The notes under the pieces were generated by a model. It did no database searches. It had not been told where the DNA came from and saw only the letters and a program-made list of their open reading frames with translations. A stretch of 64,000 nucleotides of DNA from an uncultured Campylobacter sp. (GTDB taxonomy: Bacteria; Campylobacterota; Campylobacteria; Campylobacterales; Campylobacteraceae), in the NCBI RefSeq assembly GCF_938045345.1, contig NZ_CALIMS010000053.1, positions 1,099 to 65,098 of the forward strand, in the 5' to 3' direction. This document shows positions 27,176-35,616 of the stretch, piece by piece; position 1 is the stretch's first letter, and every line of letters begins with the position of its first letter. The position numbers and the translations under genes were made by a program.

Positions 27176-28009
27176 ATGAAATTTATCGCATATTACGACT
27201 CGCCGCTTGGTAAAATCACGCTCGCGGGCGATGAGGCGGGGCTTTGTGGGCTGTGGTTCGAGGGCGAGAAATACTACGCGCACGCCCTTGCGACGAGCGG
27301 TGCGGATGAAAAGCAGGACAGCGCCGATCTGTTCGCAAAAGAGAAGCACGCCGCAAGCGAAACACAGCGCGATTTTGCGGCGTTGGAAAAGAGTGGAAAG
27401 AGCGATTTTGCTGTAAAAGCGACGAACGGCGCAGATGAAAAGTACAACGCGCGCGATTTCGCAGAAGCGGAGAGCGGCGCGGACGTAAAATTCTGCGCGA
27501 ACGTACTTGTAGCGAGCGAAAAATTCTGTGAGCGCGATTTTGCGGCTCAGGATGCGAGCAAAAAATCTTACGCGACCGACCTTTCGGCGCAAAGCGTGGG
27601 TGAAAAATTTTGCATAAACAAGCAAAGCGGCTACTTCGAGGAGAAAAATCTGGCCGTTTTCGATCAAACTAAGCGCTGGCTCGATCTGTATTTTAGCAGA
27701 CGCGAGCCGGGTTTTACGCCCGCCCTAAATCCCGTGGGCTCGGCGTTTAGGCGCGCCGTGTGGGAAATTTTGCTCAAAATTCCTTACGGCAAAACTACGA
27801 CCTACGGGCAGATCGCGCGCGAAATCGCCGCGGCGCGCGGGCTAGCGAAGATGTCCGCGCAAGCCGTGGGCGGTGCAGTAGGACACAACGATATCTCGAT
27901 CATCATCCCCTGCCACCGCGTCATAGGCGCGCACGGCAACCTCACGGGCTATGCGGGCGGCATCGATAGAAAAATAAAGCTGCTGAAGCTCGAAGGCATC
28001 AATATGTAG
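27176..28009 (+). CDS. ogt: methylated-DNA--protein-cysteine methyltransferase (Ogt/MGMT) with a ~120-aa insert
   Basis: The active site IPCHRVIG, the HTH segment TTTYGQIA and the N-terminal domain SPLGKITLAGDEAGLCGLWF are all present. The protein is 277 aa against about 160 aa for typical members. Confidence 0.8.
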   Translation: MKFIAYYDSPLGKITLAGDEAGLCGLWFEGEKYYAHALATSGADEKQDSADLFAKEKHAASETQRDFAALEKSGKSDFAVKATNGADEKYNARDFAEAESGADVKFCANVLVASEKFCERDFAAQDASKKSYATDLSAQSVGEKFCINKQSGYFEEKNLAVFDQTKRWLDLYFSRREPGFTPALNPVGSAFRRAVWEILLKIPYGKTTTYGQIAREIAAARGLAKMSAQAVGGAVGHNDISIIIPCHRVIGAHGNLTGYAGGIDRKIKLLKLEGINM

Positions 28010-28725
28010 GGGCTTTTCACGCCCTCAAATAGCACTGCGCCGTAAGAATACAATTTAAGCGGCCGGTAGCGCGCCAAAGGCCCAAAAAAAGCCAGCCGGA
28101 TAGCAAAGCCGCGCAAGATGGGGCTTGTACCAAAAGGACGATAAGCGTTGCGAGCCGTATCGTCAAATGAGCCTAGCTACGCCGCCGAAACGGAGCCCCG
28201 CCTGAAACTCAAATCGGCGCACCGCAAAACGTCCCGCACTGGTGCGCCCATAGAGTGGATTGAGCAAAATTTAAAATTTCGCCGCTTTTTCTCCGCCTCT
28301 CGCAGAAGCCGCATCGATTTAAAATTTTAACGCGCCGAGGACGAACAGATCGGCCGCTGCAAAATCTGCGATAGCCAAAAATCTACAAGCGGCGTCGAAA
28401 CGGGCGCGACAAGAAAACTAATAGGCGGCGTCGCGCCTGCTTCGTAAAACCGCGGCGGGCTGATTGCCGAGGAGCCGCTTAGTGCAGCATTTAAACCGCC
28501 GCGCAAAAAAGATAAAATTTATCTTTTCGCGCATGATGATTTGCGCCGCATCTACAAACAAATGAAGCTCGCAGGCTCTTGGCGGTCGATGGCGCCGCTA
28601 TTACGCCGCTTAAACCTGCGCGGATCTAAAATTTTATAAATTAAAATTCCATGTCGCGGACAATTTAAAATTTCGCGCTTCAAACGATCTGTAAATTCCG
28701 TGCTTCAGGCTGTAGCAATTAGATC

Positions 28726-28983
28726 TTAGCGCTCCCAGCGATGCTTTTTCATACGGGCGCGCTCGCCTCTAAATTCCACGCCTTCGGCCTCTAGCAGTTC
28801 GCGCTGAGTCGCAAAGCTCGCCGCCAAGGCTCCTGCGTGGTTTACGACGCGGTGGCACGGGTAGCTGCCGTAAGGCTCTGCTTGCGAGAGCACGCGCCCC
28901 ACGAGCCGCGAGCAAGCGGGTAGCCCGATCAAGCGTGCGATCTGTCCGTAGCTAGCGACCCTGCCCGCGGGGATCTCCTCCAC
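28726..28983 (-). CDS. MGMT-family protein, DNA-binding/active-site domain only
   Basis: IPAGRVASYGQIA and YPCHRVVN retain the PCHR cysteine. The only in-frame start is a GTG. An ATG (MKFYP) lies 16 nt upstream in another frame, so the 5' end may be frameshifted. Confidence 0.6.
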   Translation of the reverse strand: MEEIPAGRVASYGQIARLIGLPACSRLVGRVLSQAEPYGSYPCHRVVNHAGALAASFATQRELLEAEGVEFRGERARMKKHRWER

Positions 28984-29092
28984 AAGGGTAAAATTTCATA
29001 GATCAAATTTTGTGTCAAAACCATGGCGTAATTATACTTTTTCGCATTTAAATTTAGACCTAAATGTAGCCGCTTTGCAGCGCCAAATTCGA

Positions 29093-29098
29093 TATAAT
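29093..29098 (+). promoter_or_regulatory. candidate -10 box (TATAAT) for 29132..30232
   Basis: TATAAT lies 34 nt upstream of the GTG start, with an AAAGGAG RBS between them. Confidence 0.35.
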
Positions 29099-29131
29099 TT
29101 CTAAAATTTAGCGCTTTAAAAGGAGCGAGCT

Positions 29132-30232
29132 GTGGACGAGAAATTTCAATCAGACACGAAAGAGCTGGACGAGAAATTTGCCGCTATCCCTGAAAATTTA
29201 AAGAAGCGATACGATAGACATAGATTTATCAGACGCGTGATTATGGCGTATTGGTCATCAGCGTTTGCTACTTTTTATTTTTTAATGATATTGGGAATAT
29301 ATTTAGAGTCATTTTTTACAAATATCGGTATAAAATTATCATCTGAAATTTTTATATATATTCGTGATGTCGCGATAATAGTTTTGCCTATATGTGCGAC
29401 GATCTGTTTTTTAAGATACACTAAGACTAAGCGATACAGCAACCTTTTTATCAAAGATCAAGGGGATAATTTGTTGGTTTTTACGATCGAAAATTTTGCC
29501 AGCATAGTTTTGATTTTATATCCGATTCTGCTTATTTTGGGGTCATTTTTCGTCGAAGATAATGACGGAGGATATGGTATTTATGCATTTTTATACGGCC
29601 TCTTAGTGGCTCCAATCTGCTTGTTAATCTTTGCGATATGCTATTTTTTCAATAAAAGCTCATATACACCCGCGTCCGGGGCTTCAGATCTACGCAGGGA
29701 GCCCGATCTGGCGACTCAAAGCGCAAAATCCGCAGAGGAAAGACTAACCGAACTAAACGACCTGGACGCAAAATTTAAAAATTTACCGCGTAATCTAAAA
29801 AATCGCTACGACACACATAGGCTTATCAGACGCTCTAGCGTGACGTTTGTGGGCTTTACGGTTTTAGTTTCGTGGTTTGCAAGCTTTGTAAATAACGTTC
29901 TGGGCGGGCTTCTTTCTCTTGCTGCGGTGTTGGTTTTACCATATATTTTTACGCGAATTTATCTAAAAAGCTATCCGACGAAAAAATATAGCAAACTTTT
30001 TATAAAAAATCAGTGCTTTTCTCTGGCGGTTTTTATAATCGAAAATTTAGCCAGCGTGGCTTTGATCCTCTATCCGCTTGCGCTCATAATAGCGGCGCTG
30101 ATCGCTAAAAATAATGAGAGGATAATAGGTCTGTTTTTGAGCGGTTCAAATGTATTATCGCTTTGTTTTCTCGTTTTTGTAGCGTGCTATCTGTTTAATC
30201 GAAGCACTTATATTCCGAAGGACGAAGCGTAA
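29132..30232 (+). CDS. multi-TM membrane protein made of two tandem homologous modules
   Basis: The first module has EKFAAIPENLKKRYDRHRFIRR, KRYSNLFIKDQ, IENFASIVLILYP and CYFFNKSSYTP. The second repeats these as AKFKNLPRNLKNRYDTHRLIRR, KKYSKLFIKNQ, IENLASVALILYP and CYLFNRSTYIP. Confidence 0.5.
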   Translation: MDEKFQSDTKELDEKFAAIPENLKKRYDRHRFIRRVIMAYWSSAFATFYFLMILGIYLESFFTNIGIKLSSEIFIYIRDVAIIVLPICATICFLRYTKTKRYSNLFIKDQGDNLLVFTIENFASIVLILYPILLILGSFFVEDNDGGYGIYAFLYGLLVAPICLLIFAICYFFNKSSYTPASGASDLRREPDLATQSAKSAEERLTELNDLDAKFKNLPRNLKNRYDTHRLIRRSSVTFVGFTVLVSWFASFVNNVLGGLLSLAAVLVLPYIFTRIYLKSYPTKKYSKLFIKNQCFSLAVFIIENLASVALILYPLALIIAALIAKNNERIIGLFLSGSNVLSLCFLVFVACYLFNRSTYIPKDEA

Positions 30233-30418
30233 ATCTCGCTAAATTTAACCTCGTGTCGGTGCCCTGAATTTCATTAAATTTAGCCGCGCTTTTAAATTTT
30301 ACGACGCGGCGCCTCGCCTAATTTCAAAATTTAGTAGTTTTAAAATTTTACCTTGCCGAGGCCTTCGGGCGAGCGAAATTTAAACCGAATATTCAGCCCC
30401 TCTTTATATGTAAAGGAA

Positions 30419-30424
30419 TATAAT
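30419..30424 (+). promoter_or_regulatory. candidate -10 box (TATAAT) for pepE
   Basis: TATAAT lies 39 nt upstream of the ATG at 30463, with an AAAGGAG RBS. Confidence 0.35.
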
Positions 30425-30462
30425 TTCAAAACAGATATCAACTTTGATTTAAAGGAGAAAAG

Positions 30463-31296
30463 ATGCAAAATCAAAGACGAAACCTGCTAAAAGTAGCCGC
30501 TTTGGCGGCGGGCGCTGCGATGCTCGGTACGAGCGAACTGGTTGCGAGCGAAAAGGCGTTTAAGCTCTCCAAGCGCGATCATAGCAAGCAAAGAGCGCTG
30601 CTGCTCTCAAGCTCGGGCTACAAAGACACGAAGTATCTATCGCACGCGGTGTCGTGGATCGGTAAATTTGCGCAGGAGAACAACCTCGCGGGCAAAAAGA
30701 TCGTTTTTATCCCTTACGCGAGCCTTCGCAGGAGCTACGACGAATATGAAAAGCGCGTCAAAGAGGCGCTTGCGAGCTTAAGCTTGAATATCGTCGGTGT
30801 TCATCACGCTAAAAATGCCGCGAAGGAAGTCGCGAGCGCGGATTGCATATTCGTAGGCGGCGGCAACACCTTCAAGCTCGTGCACGATATGTATGAAAAC
30901 GAGCTCATCGCCCTGATTAGCAAAATGGTCGAGGACGGCACGCCGTATATCGGCTGGAGCGCGGGCTCGAACGTCGCGGGCGCTACGATGATGACGACGA
31001 ACGATATGCCGATCATCGAGCCCGAGTCGTTTAATACCTTCAACATCTTCCCGCACCAGATCAATCCGCACTTCATCTCGGGCAAGCCTGCGGGGCACAA
31101 CGGCGAGAGTAGAGAGGAGAGGCTGGAGGAATTTTTGATCGCTAATCAAAAATCGACGGTTTATGCGATGCCGGAGGGTACGGCGTTTTGGCTTGAGGGC
31201 GAGAAGGCGACCGTGCTAGGGCCTGCTGCGGTGCTAAAGATGAATTATAAACAAAAGGTTAAGTTGATCGAGCCGGGCAGCTCGTTTAAGTATTGA
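30463..31296 (+). CDS. pepE: S51 peptidase (dipeptidase E) with an N-terminal twin-arginine signal peptide
   Basis: RALLLSSSG, the nucleophile elbow GWSAGSNV and FPHQINPHF match the PepE family. A 44-aa leader precedes them (QRRNLLK, a hydrophobic core, then LVA-SE). Confidence 0.75.
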   Translation: MQNQRRNLLKVAALAAGAAMLGTSELVASEKAFKLSKRDHSKQRALLLSSSGYKDTKYLSHAVSWIGKFAQENNLAGKKIVFIPYASLRRSYDEYEKRVKEALASLSLNIVGVHHAKNAAKEVASADCIFVGGGNTFKLVHDMYENELIALISKMVEDGTPYIGWSAGSNVAGATMMTTNDMPIIEPESFNTFNIFPHQINPHFISGKPAGHNGESREERLEEFLIANQKSTVYAMPEGTAFWLEGEKATVLGPAAVLKMNYKQKVKLIEPGSSFKY

Positions 31297-31377
31297 TCGC
31301 ACCCGCTTAAATTTAACCAATAGGTGCGTCAGGCGGCACCGCTCGGCCAAATGCGCAAATCGGTTAAATTTTTAATT

Positions 31378-31410
31378 GCGGCGCTCGGCTAAATTCGGGC
31401 GCCGCTTTTT
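31378..31410 (+). terminator. rho-independent terminator candidate downstream of pepE
   Basis: GCGGCGC-(14 nt)-GCGCCGC forms a 7-bp GC stem and is followed by TTTTT. Confidence 0.55.
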
Positions 31411-31529
31411 AAATTTATGCGATAAAGCGCGCTTTGCTTATGCGGACACGCGATCAAAAGATAAGCATCGATTTAAAGCGGCGCACGATCGCCGAAGCCA
31501 TAAAAAGTAAAATTTAAAACGCAGATAAA

Positions 31530-32039
31530 ATGCCCCGCGTCCACCTTCTTATGCCGCTCGGCGATTTTATTCCGTATATCGCGGACATCCTTGCCGGCTG
31601 CGGCGGGACGGTATATTTGCAAAAAAGCGGCGGCGCTTATAGTGCCGTAAAAATCGATGTGGGCGGCCGCCGAAACTTAAGCGATCGGGAGCAAAGTTTT
31701 AAATTTTTTATTTCGCTAGAATCGCCGCAAGAGCCCGAACTGCCTGCAAAGGTATTTTACGACGATATGTATCGAAGCATCATCGAAGGCACGGGAGGAC
31801 GAGAAACGCAAGAAGCTATAGAGATGATCGCGCTGCGACTCGTCGCAAAAAATCCGGGCGCGGCTATTCGGAAAATTTTCTCCGGAAATAAACTCAAAAA
31901 CGACGAAGAGATCGGTCGCGGGCTTAGCTGCGGCGCTTCTTTTTACAAAGATTATTTTTACGCGAAGCGCTGCATGGACGGTAAAATTTTGAAATTTGAT
32001 CTGAACAACGACAAACTGCCGAATATTACGACGCCGTAA
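31530..32039 (+). CDS. hypothetical protein
   Basis: 169-aa ORF with no recognisable motif. Its coding status is uncertain. Confidence 0.3.
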   Translation: MPRVHLLMPLGDFIPYIADILAGCGGTVYLQKSGGAYSAVKIDVGGRRNLSDREQSFKFFISLESPQEPELPAKVFYDDMYRSIIEGTGGRETQEAIEMIALRLVAKNPGAAIRKIFSGNKLKNDEEIGRGLSCGASFYKDYFYAKRCMDGKILKFDLNNDKLPNITTP

Positions 32040-32247
32040 ACGGGCGGCATCGCCGATTTAAAGATCAAAGGACGCCGCGGCGAGCAAACGAGCACTTCCG
32101 CCTGTATCGCCGCTCGCTTACGCCGAGCGGCGATGAGCTTGTAGCCGAGATTTTAAAAACCGAAAAATACCAAAAGGCGGTTCGGCGCATAAACGTACCC
32201 AGTAGCGCCGATACGTAAGGTTTAAATTTAAGATAAGGGAGCGAATT

Positions 32248-33114
32248 ATGCGGGCAGCAAACGGCACGGATTATGCGGAGTTTCAAAACGAAATTTTATC
32301 TTTTTACCGCGAACATGGGCGGGCGCTGCCGTGGCGACAAACGAGCGATCCGTATGCGATCCTCGTATCGGAGTTTATGCTGCAGCAGACCCAGACGCAG
32401 CGAGTGATCCCCAAATATGCGCGCTGGCTGGAGGAATTCCCCACCGTGTGCGCGCTCGCCGACGCGCCTTTTACACAGGTGCTGCGGTACTGGGTGGGTC
32501 TGGGCTACAACCGCCGCGCGCGCTATTTGCACGAGTGCGCCAAAAAGATCGTGCGCGAATTTGACGGCGCCGTGCCCTCTAATCCTGCCGCACTGCGGAC
32601 GCTTCCTGGTATCGGAGCTTACACCGCCGCAGCCGTAGCCGCGTTTGCCTACGATAAGCCCACGATTTTTATCGAGACGAATATCCGCGCCGTTTTCATC
32701 CACTTCTTTTTCTCGTACCGCGAGGAAGTGAACGATAAAGAAATCGCGCCGCTCGTGCGCGCGAGCCTTTATGAGGAGGATCCGCGAACGTGGTATTATG
32801 CGCTGATGGACTACGGCGCGGCGCTCAAAAAGCGGCGGGACAATCCGAACAGGCAAAGCAAACACTACGTCAAGCAGTCTCAATTTAAAGGATCTCTGCG
32901 TCAGGCGCGAGGAGCGATCATCCGTGCGCTTATCGCGCAGTCGTCGCAAACGCACGACGAGCTCGCCGTAAATTCTTGTGCGGATACGGCCGCGCAAACG
33001 GCGCTTTTTAATCGGGCGCTTGAGGCTTTACTGCGCGAAGGCTTCGTAGCAAAATTTGAGCACCTTTATACTTTAGCCCCCAATTTTAAGGACGACGCCC
33101 CAAGCGCGAAATAA
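32248..33114 (+). CDS. MutY-like HhH-GPD DNA glycosylase lacking the Fe-S cysteine cluster
   Basis: HGRALPWRQTSDPYAILVSEFMLQQTQTQRV and the HhH motif LPGIGAYTAAAVAAFA are present. No Cx6Cx2Cx5C cluster follows LMDYGAAL. 288 aa. Confidence 0.65.
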   Translation: MRAANGTDYAEFQNEILSFYREHGRALPWRQTSDPYAILVSEFMLQQTQTQRVIPKYARWLEEFPTVCALADAPFTQVLRYWVGLGYNRRARYLHECAKKIVREFDGAVPSNPAALRTLPGIGAYTAAAVAAFAYDKPTIFIETNIRAVFIHFFFSYREEVNDKEIAPLVRASLYEEDPRTWYYALMDYGAALKKRRDNPNRQSKHYVKQSQFKGSLRQARGAIIRALIAQSSQTHDELAVNSCADTAAQTALFNRALEALLREGFVAKFEHLYTLAPNFKDDAPSAK

Positions 33115-33612
33115 CTAATCACTTACCGTATGTTGCCGATCATTGCCGAATACGGCGAAGCGGTTATATTCGGCAAAAGAAGCGACGACGCTTTTATGCC
33201 GCAAAATCGATGCGGGCAACCGCAGAAATTTAATCTAGAAAAACGGAAGAAATTTACAATTTTTTATCTTGTCCGAATCGCCGTAAAAGTGCGGATCGCT
33301 CGCGTGGAGATTTTACGACAAGGCGCCGCATCAAAACACCATCAAGAACGCCGAGGATGAGAGGGCAGAAAACCGCGCTGCGGTAATGTCGGCAGTCGAT
33401 GCGCGAGGCGGCTAAATTTAGTAGCCGAATTTAAGCGGATTTGAGCTTTTGCTTTTCGCGTGCATTAAAATTTGAAAGCTTGATTTAACCCTTGGGATAG
33501 TAAAATTTCGCAACGACTTTTATTTGGAGAAAAATGCCATATTAAATACGAAATTCCGCGCGAGCGATGAAATTCTCCGTTTCAAACGCTTTGGGCGCAA
33601 AGGAATAAATAA

Positions 33613-34110
33613 ATGAACTTATCAAGTAGAATAAAAGCGCTAAAGACGCGGCTTAAACTGCAAAAGCCGGAAATTATAACAAATCCTGTACAAAAGGATG
33701 AGCTTGTCGAGCAAGATCTGTGCAGTAAAGATCTGTGCGATTTAGACCATAGCACAATCAAACTCTTATCGGGAGATTTGCAGGTTTTCAATGATTATAC
33801 TTTTAGGTATTATATCCTGGATTTTATTGATTTTTACGAGCGCTTCGGCGATGAAGCGATTATAGAAGATATGTTTATTCAAGCATTTGCACCGCCTATG
33901 CGGCGGGCAAGAGCGAAACAATTTAGCAGAGATGAGGTAAAAATAATCATAGATTTTTTGCAAAAAAATTATGAAAATATTACAAGAATTACGCATTCCA
34001 AGAAATATAAAAAGTTAAAACCCTATGAGCAAGAAGAAATTTATATACCATTCAAACATTTTGAAAAAGAGATAAAAAATGCGATAAATTTTTGGACAAA
34101 AACATTATAG
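33613..34110 (+). CDS. hypothetical protein (first gene of the AT-rich island)
   Basis: 165-aa ORF with an AAGGA RBS. It is strongly AT-rich and I recognise no family. Confidence 0.5.
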   Translation: MNLSSRIKALKTRLKLQKPEIITNPVQKDELVEQDLCSKDLCDLDHSTIKLLSGDLQVFNDYTFRYYILDFIDFYERFGDEAIIEDMFIQAFAPPMRRARAKQFSRDEVKIIIDFLQKNYENITRITHSKKYKKLKPYEQEEIYIPFKHFEKEIKNAINFWTKTL

Positions 34111-34171
34111 TAGCACCTTTAGAAGAAGGTATTAGAAATACTAGAAAAATTATTAAACGTAGGAGGAAACA

Positions 34172-34447
34172 ATGAATAATCTAAAGCTTATACAAAACTG
34201 GTATGCTTCCAAATGCGACGGGGAATGGGAGCATCAATACGGCCTTACGCTGGAAACGGTCGATAACCCGGGCTGGTGGATCGAAATCGATGGCGAGAAC
34301 GGGAAAAAGCCGATAAAAATAAATGTCGATAGAGATGACGAGGATTGGTTTTTCGTCAATGCCACGGAAAACAAACTCAAAGGAAGTTGTGGAGCCGAGA
34401 ATTTAGAGGAGTTATTGGAATACGTGGTAAAATGGCTAACGGATTAA
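34172..34447 (+). CDS. Imm53-like immunity protein
   Basis: LIQNWYASKCDGEWEHQYGLTLETVDNPGWWIEIDG matches my recollection of the Imm53 signature (WY..CDGDWEH.YG..I.TLDNPGW). It has an AGGAGG RBS and is 91 aa. Confidence 0.6.
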   Translation: MNNLKLIQNWYASKCDGEWEHQYGLTLETVDNPGWWIEIDGENGKKPIKINVDRDDEDWFFVNATENKLKGSCGAENLEELLEYVVKWLTD

Positions 34448-34734
34448 AATTTAGCGAAAGCATTATGAAAGAGCTATATAAAATTTATCTGAAAGATAGT
34501 AAAAAGAGCTTCGTAGCCACTGGAAATACTACTCATTACGACGGCAATAAAATTTTACCACAGCCGTTTGCTTTAAGCATCGTTCAATACGATGGCGACA
34601 GCGGATTTTATCTATTTTGTCTCGACAAATCGGGGAAAGAGCAAACCGATACCTATCATGAAAGTATAGAGGATGCGTTTAAGCAGGCCGAATTTGAATT
34701 CGGCGTAAAGAAAAAGGATTGGATAAAGCTTTAG
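34432..34734 (+). CDS. hypothetical small protein, overlaps the Imm53-like gene end
   Basis: The ORF opens at 34345. The ATG at 34432 overlaps the upstream stop by 16 nt, and an alternative ATG lies at 34465. The C-terminal DTYHESIEDAFKQAEFEFG segment looks like a conserved small domain. Confidence 0.45.
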   Translation: MANGLKFSESIMKELYKIYLKDSKKSFVATGNTTHYDGNKILPQPFALSIVQYDGDSGFYLFCLDKSGKEQTDTYHESIEDAFKQAEFEFGVKKKDWIKL

Positions 34735-35011
34735 ATTATGTAAATAAAATATCGCCAACCGATTAAATTTAAAAAGGAGCATTATGAAATTTAAAATTTT
34801 CAAGCCAAAGCTTTATGAAAAGTATAAGGATATGGTTATAGAGGTGTGAGGGTGAATACAACATTGATGGCTAAAATAGATATTTTATCAAATTTGATAA
34901 ATTTTGCTAACGATATGCTTAATGAAAATATGCCCCCGACAACAAGCTACAGCCTAATGAGGCGCTATTCAAACAATGACAACTATCTCAAAAAAGCCAT
35001 AGGAATAAAAA

Positions 35012-35584
35012 ATGAGCACTAGGATAGGTTTAATACTTTTGGGCACATTTTTTGTATTTGAAAGCATTCTTGGCTGCTTTAGCGGAAAGATGTATTTTAA
35101 ATACGGGGGCTGGAGCGCAGTTGAGCCGGTCTACATTATCAAGATTTTTATCATCGGCGTATTGTTTGTTTCTGCAGGAATTTTCATAAACAAAAAAATA
35201 GGTAGAGTGATTAATGCCTTGATAGGTTTAAGTCTTTTAATAATATCTATAGAAATTTTTACAACGCAAGATCCCGCAGGAATACAAAGTAAAATCGGAT
35301 ATCCTTTTCTTATCTCTGGATTTTTGGTTTTACTTATTAGTATCTCGTTTTTTTACCTCGCCCTCCATCCTGAAAAGAACATAAAAAGATACCCAGAGTA
35401 TATGTGGTGTAAGGACTGCTTTAAATTTTATATGTACGAGGACGTCAAAGATACGGATCAAATTTGCTCATACTGCGGCAAAAAGCTTACGGAGTATAAT
35501 GACGGCGACTATTGGCGAAGAAACGCTCCTCATCAAGGTGTTAAAACTCCGAAGATCAAAAAGCGTAAATTTAAAAAGCGATGA
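35012..35584 (+). CDS. multi-TM protein with a C-terminal CxxC...CxxC zinc ribbon (paralog 1)
   Basis: About 4 TM helices are followed by YPEYMWCKDCFKFYMYEDVKDTDQICSYCGKKL and a basic tail. Confidence 0.55.
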   Translation: MSTRIGLILLGTFFVFESILGCFSGKMYFKYGGWSAVEPVYIIKIFIIGVLFVSAGIFINKKIGRVINALIGLSLLIISIEIFTTQDPAGIQSKIGYPFLISGFLVLLISISFFYLALHPEKNIKRYPEYMWCKDCFKFYMYEDVKDTDQICSYCGKKLTEYNDGDYWRRNAPHQGVKTPKIKKRKFKKR

Positions 35585-35616
35585 AATTTTGATTTGTTAT
35601 AGAGGAATATATAAAA

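Noticed and set aside
27110-27667. 185-aa ORF on the minus strand opposite ogt (plus 27207..27416 and 27760..27969 on the plus strand)
   Set aside because: It is open only because the ogt insert is compositionally biased repeat DNA. Its product is Arg/Phe/Ala-rich nonsense, and ogt on the other strand has clear catalytic motifs.
28445-28640. Possible gene remnant in the ogt / MGMT-like spacer (frame reading ...DKIYLFAHDDLRRIYKQMKLAGSW...)
   Set aside because: It is about 60 codons with no ATG/GTG/TTG start in a sensible position, no RBS and no recognisable motif. I cannot distinguish it from a chance open frame.
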